This document shows, in pieces, positions 9,328-18,388 of a stretch of DNA of 64,000 bases. The notes under the pieces are model-generated. The model did no database searches and was not told where the DNA came from. It saw nothing but the letters and a program-made list of their open reading frames with translations. Origin of the DNA: Candidatus Woesearchaeota archaeon (GTDB lineage Archaea > Nanobdellota > Nanobdellia > SCGC-AAA011-G17 > ARS1403). Location: contig JACPIN010000021.1 in NCBI GenBank assembly GCA_016188065.1, positions 1,954-65,953 of the forward strand, in the 5' to 3' direction. A program made the translations under genes and the position numbers. Position 1 is the first letter of the stretch. Every line of letters starts with the position of its first letter.

Positions 9328-12300
9328 ATGGATAAAAAAATAAAATTGCGTTTAGTATGGATTTTGTTAATTATAATCTTCTCAAGTAGCATGGTGGTTG
9401 TGCCAAATGCTTTAAGTTATGCAGGTATAGATGATGCAGTTGTTGCGGGAGTTGGTTGTATAACAGGAGCGTTTTTAGCTGGTGGAAGCTGTCGATTGTA
9501 TAACCCTCCTAAAGATAGCTATGATTGCGAAGTGTGCAATAAAAAAATTTTTGGTAAATGTACGGAGTATCAATGCAGAGCTATTGGAAGAGATTGTAGA
9601 TTTGTTCCAAGTTTAAAAGATCCTAAAGAAGGATTCTGTGTTGCCAAAGGAAAACCTGTTTATAGCTCTCCAGACATAATCTCTTGTGGCGTGATTGATA
9701 TTGCGACGATGAAACCTAAAATAGATGTTAGGCAATTTAAGGGTTCAGCAAGTTCTGTAAGTTCTGGTATTTCCACAGTCGGTTCAGGTTCAGATGGTTT
9801 GACACCAGAAACATTTACTGGAGGCGCTGTTACAAACATTGTTTATGGATGCGACCTTGGAGAGTTAGCTTTAAACAAACAATATGTATTGATATTATCT
9901 ACAGATAGAGTTGCTGAATGCAGATTTAGCAGAACGCCTAATAAGAGAGACCTTTTTGAAGTAGATCTCTTTAGAGATGTTTATGAAGATATGCCTGAAG
10001 AAGAAGCATATGGAAAAATTTTGAACAATGCCAGAAACAGTGGCATAAATTTATTTACTGAAGCGCCTAATGGTTTGGATCATTTATGGCCGATTTACTT
10101 TAACAATGGTCAAACTCCTGATCAGCAATGGACTCCTGAAAATATTGATCAATGCAATAATGGTGGCTGCACTTGGTATGCAAGGTGTGCTGATTTTGAT
10201 GGGAATGAAATGAGTCGGGATTATGTATTTAAGTTTTCTTTAGTTGATGGTGTTGGCGATATTGATCCTCCTGTTATTCTTGCTTTTGACCCCATTGATA
10301 AATTTGGAGAGGATAAATATACCCTGCCATTAGGAGCAAAAGGCGAGCTAGGAGTTAAATTTAAAGTTTCTGATTTGACCGGAGTCGAGAGTTGTGGATA
10401 TAGTGATAAAATTGTTGGATTCGAGCAGATGGTTTCTGTTAATTGCAGAATACCTACTGAAAATGAGACTACCTTTAATCTTGGTGAGCAGCCGTTTCTT
10501 AAATTATGCACTGTACCTCTTACAGGAATTAAAGAAGGAAATAATGAATTCTATTTTAGTTGCAGAGACTCTAGTGAAAAGAGAAATGTGAATCCTGTTC
10601 CTTATAAATATACTATTGTTGGAGCGAGTAAATTGTCTTTACAGATTAAAACTCCTATAGATGGAAGTACAATTGATGGGATTAATGATGTTTTGCATGT
10701 TACAACTTTTGGAGGCATTGACGGTACTGCCCTGTGTAAGTATAATTATGCTAAAGTTGGAGGGGGTGTTTCTGGGACTAATTTAGTTTTTGCTTCTGAT
10801 ACTCCTGGGTCTGAAAATAAAAAAGAGCATAAACAGGGAATTAATTTCTTAACTGAAAATGGAGAATATATTTTAACTATTAATTGCGCTGATTTTAATG
10901 ATCCTGAAAATACTGCTAATGGAGATTTGAAGATTAAGTTTGAAAAATCCCAACTTGTGATTACTAAAGAATCTCCTTCTGATCTTATTGCAGAAAGAAA
11001 TCCTATGTTAAAAGTGAAAACTAGCGGGTATGATAATGGAAGGGCTGAATGCAGGTTATATGATAAGCAGAGCATTGCTGTCTTTGATGACAGGAGCGGA
11101 GTTTCTATGACCTCTTCTGGAAATTTATTGCACCAGTTTATTTTTAAGGATTTAACTTTAGGAAAACATAGTTCTTCTGTTGTTTGCAGGTCTCTCGATA
11201 AAAATATACAAAACTCTTTAGAAATTTCTTTTGAAATTCGAGAAAATTTGCCTGTTGCTTGCACTTCACCAACTCAATGCCCTTCTTGTTCGAATGATAA
11301 ATATTGTGCTACTGTTATAGGATCTGGCAAGCATTTATGTGACCCAAATAAAGTTAAACAAAGCTGTGTTAATGGATTTTGCTCTGAGGTAAGTTGTCCT
11401 ACCGGCGATAAGTTTAGTACAGACTATTGCGAGATAAATCCGGATCCTTTATGCTTAAGCGATAAAGATAAAGATAGAATTGCAGATAATTTAGATTGCA
11501 ATGATAGATTAAGTAATATAGGACCGTGCTTAATTGACCAATGCAAGAGATGCAGTGAAGACGAGAGTAAAATAGATAATACTGGGATTTGTGTTGATAT
11601 TCCGAATTGCACTCCAAAAACTCCAACGCGGCCTCCTGGAACCGGAACAGGACAACCCACTGGGCAGTGTAAGTTAACTAAAGCTATGTGGGTTGATAGT
11701 ACTGGAAGAAATCAATTAAGCGGAAATGTTAATGAAAATACAAAAGTAAATGTTGCCTTACAAGGACAAAATTGTCAAGGACAGAGCTTCAATTTAGAAC
11801 TTTATGAATTGGATGATAGAGGATTATTAGGAAAATCTTTTGAAAAAATAAATACTTTAGATTTCCCAAGCCAAATTGTATTTGGCGATCAGGGAGCAGC
11901 ATTTGCTGAATGGGGAGTTAAATGGCTGGAAGACAATGGAGGCATTAATGATGATCCTGAATTTGTATTTAGAGCTGCTAATACTAATATCGAATCTCCT
12001 GTGATAAACGTGAAGAAAGTTCTACTGCCTTCTGGAGCTAAACAAGGCGATTCTTGTAAGACAAATGATAATTGTGATGGTAAACGGGATAGTAGTTTAG
12101 CTTGTGTTAAGATAGATCCTAACTGTCCATCTCAACCAGTACAGAGCGGAGATATAAGGATTTCAATAATAAATCCTGCTCCTGGAAAAGTATTTACTTC
12201 ACTTCCAGTTGAATTCGGCTTAGATATCAAAACTGGAGATCAAACTTTGTCGAAAGAAGAATGCGGATACTGGTTTAAATTTGGGAGATATCAGGCAAGT

Positions 12301-14397
12301 GATCTTCCTCTTGGAAATGTTCCTGATTTCAACACGTTATTTAAATTTCAAAGAATAGGAAGGGATACTACTTATCAAAGTGCAATTGTTAATTTGTATA
12401 CTGTTTTAGGTGTATCTGGACCTGCAAGTGTTAGTAGTGGAGATTATGGATACTATCTTAAATGCAAGAAAGGTGAAAAAGAAGGAGAAACAATTGGGTA
12501 CATAAATTTGAATCTCCTAACTTCTCAGGGAATTTATCATTCAGAATGCAACACTAATCGAGAATGTGTTCAAGTAAGTGGTGCTGGAACTAATAAATGC
12601 GCTATTCCTGAAAACTGCCAAAATGTTCCTACAAGTCCAAGTCATAAAATTTGTGGAGCAAACGGAAGATGCATTAATGTTGTTGGAGCTGGAACAAATA
12701 CTTGCGACGATGATAATCAATGTACAGTTACTCCTCCTCCTGCGTTGCCAAAACTTACTATCAGAAGCATTTCTGCAGAGAATACTGATACTTTAGCTCC
12801 AACACTTAATGTGGAAACAATTGGAGGAAGCAGAATTGAAAAAGATGGAAGAGCTAGCTGTGTATATGGGACAAATGTTGATGAAGTAAGGGCTGGAAGA
12901 GGGAATTCATTTTCTAATGTTCAGCCACTTTTAGACTATACAAAGCATTCTGTAAATCTAGGCGGGTTGAAAGCCGGCGATAAAATTACTTATTTTATTA
13001 AATGCACTGATACTGTAAATTCAAATATATTTGATATTAAACAAAAAGAGATTAACATTAAAATCGTTGCTGTTGATCCAAATTTACCTAAACTAAGTAT
13101 CTCCAATTTTAAAGCAATTAACACTGATACAAGAAATCCGATGATTATTTTAGATACTACTGGCGGGGTTGAAAATGGGAGAGCTACATGCAAATATAGC
13201 AATAAACTTGAAACTGTTCAAGCTGCTGGGGGAAATTCGATGATTAAATCAACGCGTATATCTTCTGTTAATCATGGTGCTTTACTATCTGACTTAATCG
13301 ATGGGAGCCATAGTTATTTTGTAAGATGCGTCGATGATAAAAATGATAGGATTTATTCTGATGCTGAAATTCAGTTTATAGTTAAGATTCCAATTGAGAA
13401 AGCTCAATGCAGTGATGGGATAGATAATGATGCGGATGGATGTCTTGATTTGCAAGATAATGACTGCCAAAATGCTGCGGATAATACAGAATCTGGAAGC
13501 AATTGCCAAGCTGCTCCTCCGATACAATTAGCACCTTCAACCTTGCGTGTTGTCAGCAAAGGACCAAGTGGAATTCAAGCAGATACAAGGGTAAATCTTT
13601 CAGTTACTTTGAGCGGCGGACCTGGCAAATATGGACAAGATGCTGAATGCAGATTTACTAATATAGCTAATAATAATTTATTGGAAGGATATGATGCAAC
13701 CCTCTTCCCAGAGACATTAGACTTTGATCCTACTAATGTTGTTTTGGGATCTACTGTTTATCGCAATGAAATAAATTTGGATAGAATTGGAGATTATACT
13801 TACTATGTTAAATGCAAGGATAATCTTGGAGGGATAACTGTATTACAAACTATTCCATTTAAAGTAGAGATTCCTGCAAGCCAGCAGATTAGCATTGTCA
13901 GAAAATCTCCTGAAGGAGTTTATGGAAGCAAGAATGTTGCGATTGCAATTGAGACCAATGGCGGATTGGATAATGGGGCTAGCGTTAACTGTAATTATCA
14001 AGGGATTATTGGCGGTGGAATCTTAACCAAGCAGCAGATTGCTGGAGGCAGATATGCACATCTTGCAATTGTTCCTAATGTTCCTAATGGAAATTATACT
14101 GCTACAGTAAGTTGTGTTGATAGAGCTAACCAAATTGCATCCACTACTTTAAACATTGATGTGCAAGAGGATTTAATTGTGCCTGTTGAGCAACTGATTA
14201 TAACAAAGGGAAGCAGCAAGTTTATTACTGTTAGCGAGGCTGCTGAGTGCGAAGCTTCTACAGACAATGTTAATTGGCAGAAAGTCGGAAGCGACCAAAA
14301 TAAAAGGAAACATATTGTTACTTTGAGCGGAACTTATTACTTTAGATGCAAGGACTTGTGGAATAATCAGATGCAGACAATTATAATTCATCCATAG
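9328..14397 (+). CDS. giant (1689 aa) secreted protein with about eight Ig-like repeats that each carry a conserved Cys pair, plus Cys-knot-like linkers
   Basis: N-terminal TM/signal; recurring 'G..(A/T)(E/T)C(R/K)Y ... Y(F/Y)(V/I)(K/R)C.D' units; 'CSDGIDNDADGCLDLQDNDC' motif. Confidence 0.75.
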   Translation: MDKKIKLRLVWILLIIIFSSSMVVVPNALSYAGIDDAVVAGVGCITGAFLAGGSCRLYNPPKDSYDCEVCNKKIFGKCTEYQCRAIGRDCRFVPSLKDPKEGFCVAKGKPVYSSPDIISCGVIDIATMKPKIDVRQFKGSASSVSSGISTVGSGSDGLTPETFTGGAVTNIVYGCDLGELALNKQYVLILSTDRVAECRFSRTPNKRDLFEVDLFRDVYEDMPEEEAYGKILNNARNSGINLFTEAPNGLDHLWPIYFNNGQTPDQQWTPENIDQCNNGGCTWYARCADFDGNEMSRDYVFKFSLVDGVGDIDPPVILAFDPIDKFGEDKYTLPLGAKGELGVKFKVSDLTGVESCGYSDKIVGFEQMVSVNCRIPTENETTFNLGEQPFLKLCTVPLTGIKEGNNEFYFSCRDSSEKRNVNPVPYKYTIVGASKLSLQIKTPIDGSTIDGINDVLHVTTFGGIDGTALCKYNYAKVGGGVSGTNLVFASDTPGSENKKEHKQGINFLTENGEYILTINCADFNDPENTANGDLKIKFEKSQLVITKESPSDLIAERNPMLKVKTSGYDNGRAECRLYDKQSIAVFDDRSGVSMTSSGNLLHQFIFKDLTLGKHSSSVVCRSLDKNIQNSLEISFEIRENLPVACTSPTQCPSCSNDKYCATVIGSGKHLCDPNKVKQSCVNGFCSEVSCPTGDKFSTDYCEINPDPLCLSDKDKDRIADNLDCNDRLSNIGPCLIDQCKRCSEDESKIDNTGICVDIPNCTPKTPTRPPGTGTGQPTGQCKLTKAMWVDSTGRNQLSGNVNENTKVNVALQGQNCQGQSFNLELYELDDRGLLGKSFEKINTLDFPSQIVFGDQGAAFAEWGVKWLEDNGGINDDPEFVFRAANTNIESPVINVKKVLLPSGAKQGDSCKTNDNCDGKRDSSLACVKIDPNCPSQPVQSGDIRISIINPAPGKVFTSLPVEFGLDIKTGDQTLSKEECGYWFKFGRYQASDLPLGNVPDFNTLFKFQRIGRDTTYQSAIVNLYTVLGVSGPASVSSGDYGYYLKCKKGEKEGETIGYINLNLLTSQGIYHSECNTNRECVQVSGAGTNKCAIPENCQNVPTSPSHKICGANGRCINVVGAGTNTCDDDNQCTVTPPPALPKLTIRSISAENTDTLAPTLNVETIGGSRIEKDGRASCVYGTNVDEVRAGRGNSFSNVQPLLDYTKHSVNLGGLKAGDKITYFIKCTDTVNSNIFDIKQKEINIKIVAVDPNLPKLSISNFKAINTDTRNPMIILDTTGGVENGRATCKYSNKLETVQAAGGNSMIKSTRISSVNHGALLSDLIDGSHSYFVRCVDDKNDRIYSDAEIQFIVKIPIEKAQCSDGIDNDADGCLDLQDNDCQNAADNTESGSNCQAAPPIQLAPSTLRVVSKGPSGIQADTRVNLSVTLSGGPGKYGQDAECRFTNIANNNLLEGYDATLFPETLDFDPTNVVLGSTVYRNEINLDRIGDYTYYVKCKDNLGGITVLQTIPFKVEIPASQQISIVRKSPEGVYGSKNVAIAIETNGGLDNGASVNCNYQGIIGGGILTKQQIAGGRYAHLAIVPNVPNGNYTATVSCVDRANQIASTTLNIDVQEDLIVPVEQLIITKGSSKFITVSEAAECEASTDNVNWQKVGSDQNKRKHIVTLSGTYYFRCKDLWNNQMQTIIIHP

Positions 14398-14518
14398 AGA
14401 GAACTTTGCAAGTCTATTAACTCTTTTTGTATTAACAAACCAGCTAATCAATGGTTAGACTAATGTCACAAATTTATCATAGGAAGATTTAAATAGTATA
14501 ATTATTATTAGTATAATC

Positions 14519-15841
14519 ATGATTATACAGTTTAAGGATAGGGACAAAGAGCTTAAAGAAATAAAAGAGGTTTTGGATTCTAATAGATTTGAGTTTCTTA
14601 TTCTTTATGGAAGGAGAAGGATCGGGAAAACGGAGTTGGTTTTAAATGCTACCAAACATAGAAGAAGAGTTTATTATCTAGCAACTGGAGAGAAAAATTT
14701 GGAAAGATTTTACAATAGCTGTTTAAAATACGACCATAATATATCAAAATTGAAAAAGGACTGGGAGATTTTATTTGAGCATCTTAAAGACAAAGCAGAG
14801 GTCATTATTATTGATGAATTCCAGAATCTGATAAAAGAAGATAAAAATATATTACATTTATTCCAATCCATTGTAGATACTATCTTTAAAAGCTCTAAAT
14901 TAAAATTAATCTTACTTGGCTCATCAGTTTCAATTATAAGTTCCAAAGTTTTAAGCTATCAAAGCCCGTTGTATGGCAGAAGAACTGGTTCTATTAATCT
15001 CAAACCCGTTTCTTTTTTTGAATTGAATAAATTTTTTCCAGATAAAGACATAAATGAATTAGTTGATATCTATGGGTTTGCTGACGGCATTCCGTTTTAT
15101 CTTGTAAGGATAGAAAAAGAATTTTGGTCGTGGATTAAAGAAGAGATTGTTAAAGAAAGAAGCTTCTTAAGAGACGAAGTTGATTTTTTAATGAAATATG
15201 AATTTGAGGATGCAGGAACTTATAAATTAATCTTAGAGGCTATTTCCAATGGATGCAACAAACTCAATGAAATGAAGAATTTTATTAAGGTTGAGAGGAC
15301 AGATATCAGCCCTTATTTAAGGAACCTCATAGACGTTGGATTTGTAGAGAGAAAAGTTTCAATTACAGAGAATGTAAAATCAAGAAATGGAAGATATTAC
15401 TTATGCGATAATTTTCTTAATTTTTGGTTTCGCTATTTCTATCCAAATCTAAGCTCATTAGAAGAAGGAATTTTTGATGTCAATTTTATTAGAAAGGATT
15501 ATAGCTCTTATTTGGGGCTTGTTTTTGAAAAAATTTCAATGGATTTTTTTATCCGGAAAAATATTTTCAAATTCGATAAAATTGGAAAGTGGTGGCATAA
15601 AGACAAGGAGATTGATATTGTTGCTTTAAATAATAATGAGGGTAAAGTTTTTTATGCTGAATGCAAATGGAAAGAAAGGGTGGATGCTCTTAAAGTTTTA
15701 AACGGGCTGAAGGAAAAAGCTAAATATGTGAAATGGAATAGGAAAAAAGAGGAGCATTATTGCATTATTGCTAAAAGCTTTAAAGAGAAGATAAAGGAAA
15801 AGAATTTATTGTTGTTCGATTTGGAAGACATTAAAAGATGA
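14519..15841 (+). CDS. archaeal ATPase (Arch_ATPase AAA plus DUF234 C-terminal domain)
   Basis: Walker A 'YGRRRIGKTELV', Walker B 'VIIIDEFQ'; stop overlaps the next start. Confidence 0.8.
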   Translation: MIIQFKDRDKELKEIKEVLDSNRFEFLILYGRRRIGKTELVLNATKHRRRVYYLATGEKNLERFYNSCLKYDHNISKLKKDWEILFEHLKDKAEVIIIDEFQNLIKEDKNILHLFQSIVDTIFKSSKLKLILLGSSVSIISSKVLSYQSPLYGRRTGSINLKPVSFFELNKFFPDKDINELVDIYGFADGIPFYLVRIEKEFWSWIKEEIVKERSFLRDEVDFLMKYEFEDAGTYKLILEAISNGCNKLNEMKNFIKVERTDISPYLRNLIDVGFVERKVSITENVKSRNGRYYLCDNFLNFWFRYFYPNLSSLEEGIFDVNFIRKDYSSYLGLVFEKISMDFFIRKNIFKFDKIGKWWHKDKEIDIVALNNNEGKVFYAECKWKERVDALKVLNGLKEKAKYVKWNRKKEEHYCIIAKSFKEKIKEKNLLLFDLEDIKR

Positions 15842-16338
15842 AAAGAGGACAGACTCAGGAAATTTTTGTATGGCTTTTTGTTTTAATTGTTGCGGCTGCT
15901 ATTTTATTTTTTGGAATTAAACTGATAAAGAAGAGCGAAGGATTGAAAGACGAAGTCTTGATTGTTAAATTGTTTAATGATATAGATAAGAAATTAAGTC
16001 AGTATTACTTTTTGGATAAAGGAAGTAGTGGAGAAGAGAGATTTTTGCTGCCAAGAAATATTGAATGGGTCTGCTTCGCTAAAAAGGGGGCTATTAATTT
16101 TAATTATTTGTCTCGACCACATGTTGGTGGTGAAGATGGCAAACTGATGAGAGATATTTTAGGTATATTAGACGAAGGGACTTATGTTTTTGTCGGTCCT
16201 TTAAACTTATATGAGAATAACAGATTTAAATTAAATATTAAGATTAAAACTGAGGTTTTATGCAAAGAAGTTGTTAATGGTGTTTTGAGTTTGGATTTAG
16301 AAAACAAAGGTGTTAGCGATGGTATCGAGGTTAAATAA
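15838..16338 (+). CDS. class III signal peptide (prepilin-like) protein
   Basis: 'MKRGQTQEIFVWLFVLIVAAAILFFGI'. Confidence 0.7.
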   Translation: MKRGQTQEIFVWLFVLIVAAAILFFGIKLIKKSEGLKDEVLIVKLFNDIDKKLSQYYFLDKGSSGEERFLLPRNIEWVCFAKKGAINFNYLSRPHVGGEDGKLMRDILGILDEGTYVFVGPLNLYENNRFKLNIKIKTEVLCKEVVNGVLSLDLENKGVSDGIEVK

Positions 16339-17296
16339 AAAAGGTATTGCAATTACTTTTGACTGGATGTTTTCAATAGTTGCCGGAGTTTTGATATTTT
16401 CCTTTCTTATTTATTTTGCTGTGCAGAACACTGATTTATTTGGAAAAGTAACTGCTAGAATTGTTTCTGAAGAACTTGATATCTTATTTTCTGGATATGA
16501 AACTGCTCAAGTTAGTACTGTGCTAGATTTTGGCAGAGAAGCTACATTGGATTTTAGATGCGATGAGATAAATAAAAGACAAAAATTTATGATTAATGAT
16601 AGAGAAGGAAAAAATTTGTGGGGCAAGATAATTTTTGCTCCTAAGAATGTTAAAAGTGACAAAATAAATGTGGCTACTGCTAGTTGGAATGCCCCTTTCA
16701 GGGTTGCTAACTTTGTTTATTTGTGGGATAAAAGATATCTGTTAGATTATGATTCTGATTTAGAGCTTCCTGAATGGGTTAATCCTTCTGCTTCTGGAGA
16801 TATTAATATTAAATTTGCACGTGATTCCAGTTTGGCTTTGAGTTCGTCTTCAAGTTTTGATTGTTCATACAATTTCAGGACTTCGAATAATGAAGAATAT
16901 GATAAGGTGATTTATTATGATAAAAATCCCTCAGATGATGATGTTAGAGGGTATGTTTGCTTCAAGGGCAAAGAAAAATCTTTTTTCTATGGCGAGGCAA
17001 TGATGATTGGTGCTATTTTTTCTGAAAGCAAAATAGAGTTTGACTGTGTTAAGGATATTGCTGTTGATAGATTAAAGATTGTGAATGATATTTATACAAA
17101 GAAGGTAAGTAATTTGATTATTTCTGATAGAAGCTGTAATCCTAATTTTGGTGCTTCTTATAATAATGCAGTTCATGAGATTGATAATAATGGCATGCTA
17201 GAAAAAGATTTTGATTCATTTGACTTTGGTTATGTTAATAGGATTAGAAGTGCAAATCAAAATTTAATATCTACGGGGTGTGCAGGTGTCTATTAA
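16319..17296 (+). CDS. class III signal peptide-like protein (ATG at 16319 preferred over the GTG at 16310)
   Basis: 'MVSRLNKKGIAITFDWMFSIVAGVLIFSFLIYFAV'. Confidence 0.6.
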   Translation: MVSRLNKKGIAITFDWMFSIVAGVLIFSFLIYFAVQNTDLFGKVTARIVSEELDILFSGYETAQVSTVLDFGREATLDFRCDEINKRQKFMINDREGKNLWGKIIFAPKNVKSDKINVATASWNAPFRVANFVYLWDKRYLLDYDSDLELPEWVNPSASGDINIKFARDSSLALSSSSSFDCSYNFRTSNNEEYDKVIYYDKNPSDDDVRGYVCFKGKEKSFFYGEAMMIGAIFSESKIEFDCVKDIAVDRLKIVNDIYTKKVSNLIISDRSCNPNFGASYNNAVHEIDNNGMLEKDFDSFDFGYVNRIRSANQNLISTGCAGVY

Positions 17297-17780
17297 TCAT
17301 AGAGGACAATTAGAAATAGGAATTACTACAATGGTTTTGATAGTATTTATTGTCTTACTGTTATTGAGCTTAATTCTTTATTTTAAGTTTACTTATTTAG
17401 AACTAGAAGAAGATAGAACGACTTTGTTAGACCAAAAATATAACAGCATTTTAAGCGTGATTATTGGCTTGCCAGAATTTAGATGCAGCAGAGGTGGGAT
17501 TGAAAGTGAATGCTTGGATGCTGCTAAACTCTCTGCATTTTCTGGAGTTTATGCAAGCAACAAGGAACATTATGGTAATATATTTGGCACTGTCAATGGA
17601 ATTTGGGTCGATGTTCCTGTTAATGATGTGAATAATTTGAATTATCCTGATCAAGGAAGATTTTCAGTATATGGAAAAGCTGATTTAAAAGGAGGGATTT
17701 ATTCTGTTCCTGTTTCATTATATTATCCTGAATCAAAAAAATATAAAATAGGAATTTTGAAGATTAGGGGGGAGTTATGA
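17280..17780 (+). CDS. class III signal peptide (prepilin-like) protein (GTG start)
   Basis: 'NHRGQLEIGITTMVLIVFIVLLLLSLILYF'. Confidence 0.6.
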   Translation: MQVSINHRGQLEIGITTMVLIVFIVLLLLSLILYFKFTYLELEEDRTTLLDQKYNSILSVIIGLPEFRCSRGGIESECLDAAKLSAFSGVYASNKEHYGNIFGTVNGIWVDVPVNDVNNLNYPDQGRFSVYGKADLKGGIYSVPVSLYYPESKKYKIGILKIRGEL

Positions 17781-18202
17781 AACGAGGTCAGGCTGAGATT
17801 ATCGGACTTGTGATAGTTGTTTTGTTGCTTGTGTTTGCATTGATATTTTTTGTTAAAATAAAGGGTTTTGAAGATGATAATGAGAGCAGACTGATAAGAA
17901 GCAATTTGAGAGCGAATAGCGCCTTGAATGCGTTGATGAAAGTGCATATTGAAAACGATAAAAAACAGATGAAGGACTTGGTTGATGACTGTATAACTGC
18001 TTCTAAAGATTGCGATAGTGTTGAGAGAAAGTTAAGAGAAGCTTTGCTTTATGCTTTTGAAGACAATATTAATTATAATCTTACGGTGTATAGGGGAGAT
18101 GTAGCAGATATAAGTCTTGGTAGAACTTGTAAGAGCAGCATAAACGCTAGTCCGTTTATTATAAGATCTAATGGTAAAGTTGAACTTAAAATTTGTACTT
18201 AG
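17777..18202 (+). CDS. class III signal peptide (prepilin-like) protein
   Basis: 'MKRGQAEIIGLVIVVLLLVFALIFFV'; ATGA overlap with the upstream gene. Confidence 0.7.
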   Translation: MKRGQAEIIGLVIVVLLLVFALIFFVKIKGFEDDNESRLIRSNLRANSALNALMKVHIENDKKQMKDLVDDCITASKDCDSVERKLREALLYAFEDNINYNLTVYRGDVADISLGRTCKSSINASPFIIRSNGKVELKICT

Positions 18203-18265
18203 TTAGTAAGTTAGTTAGTAATTTACTAAGAAAACTTTATATATCTTGAAATAATTGATGAATTG

Positions 18266-18388
18266 ATGAAAAAGTACCTTCTTCTTATTGAGGATGAGAA
18301 ACTTTGGGAAAAATTCAAAGAATCTATTAAAAACGATATCAATAGCGAAATTATTGAGATGATTAAAAAGAAGGTGAAAGAAAGATGA
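18266..18388 (+). CDS. small RHH-like protein, 40 aa; not in the ORF track
   Basis: Translates to 'MKKYLLLIEDEKLWEKFKESIKNDINSEIIEMIKKKVKER'; stop overlaps the next start (AGATGATT), as at 6299-6436. Confidence 0.5.
   Translation: MKKYLLLIEDEKLWEKFKESIKNDINSEIIEMIKKKVKER

Noticed and set aside
10221-14451. Multiple 60-170-aa ORFs on the minus strand or in alternate frames inside the 1689-aa gene (for example 10746-11264 and 14173-14451)
   Set aside because: They are embedded in a long uninterrupted ORF with clear repeat architecture. They are typical shadow ORFs.
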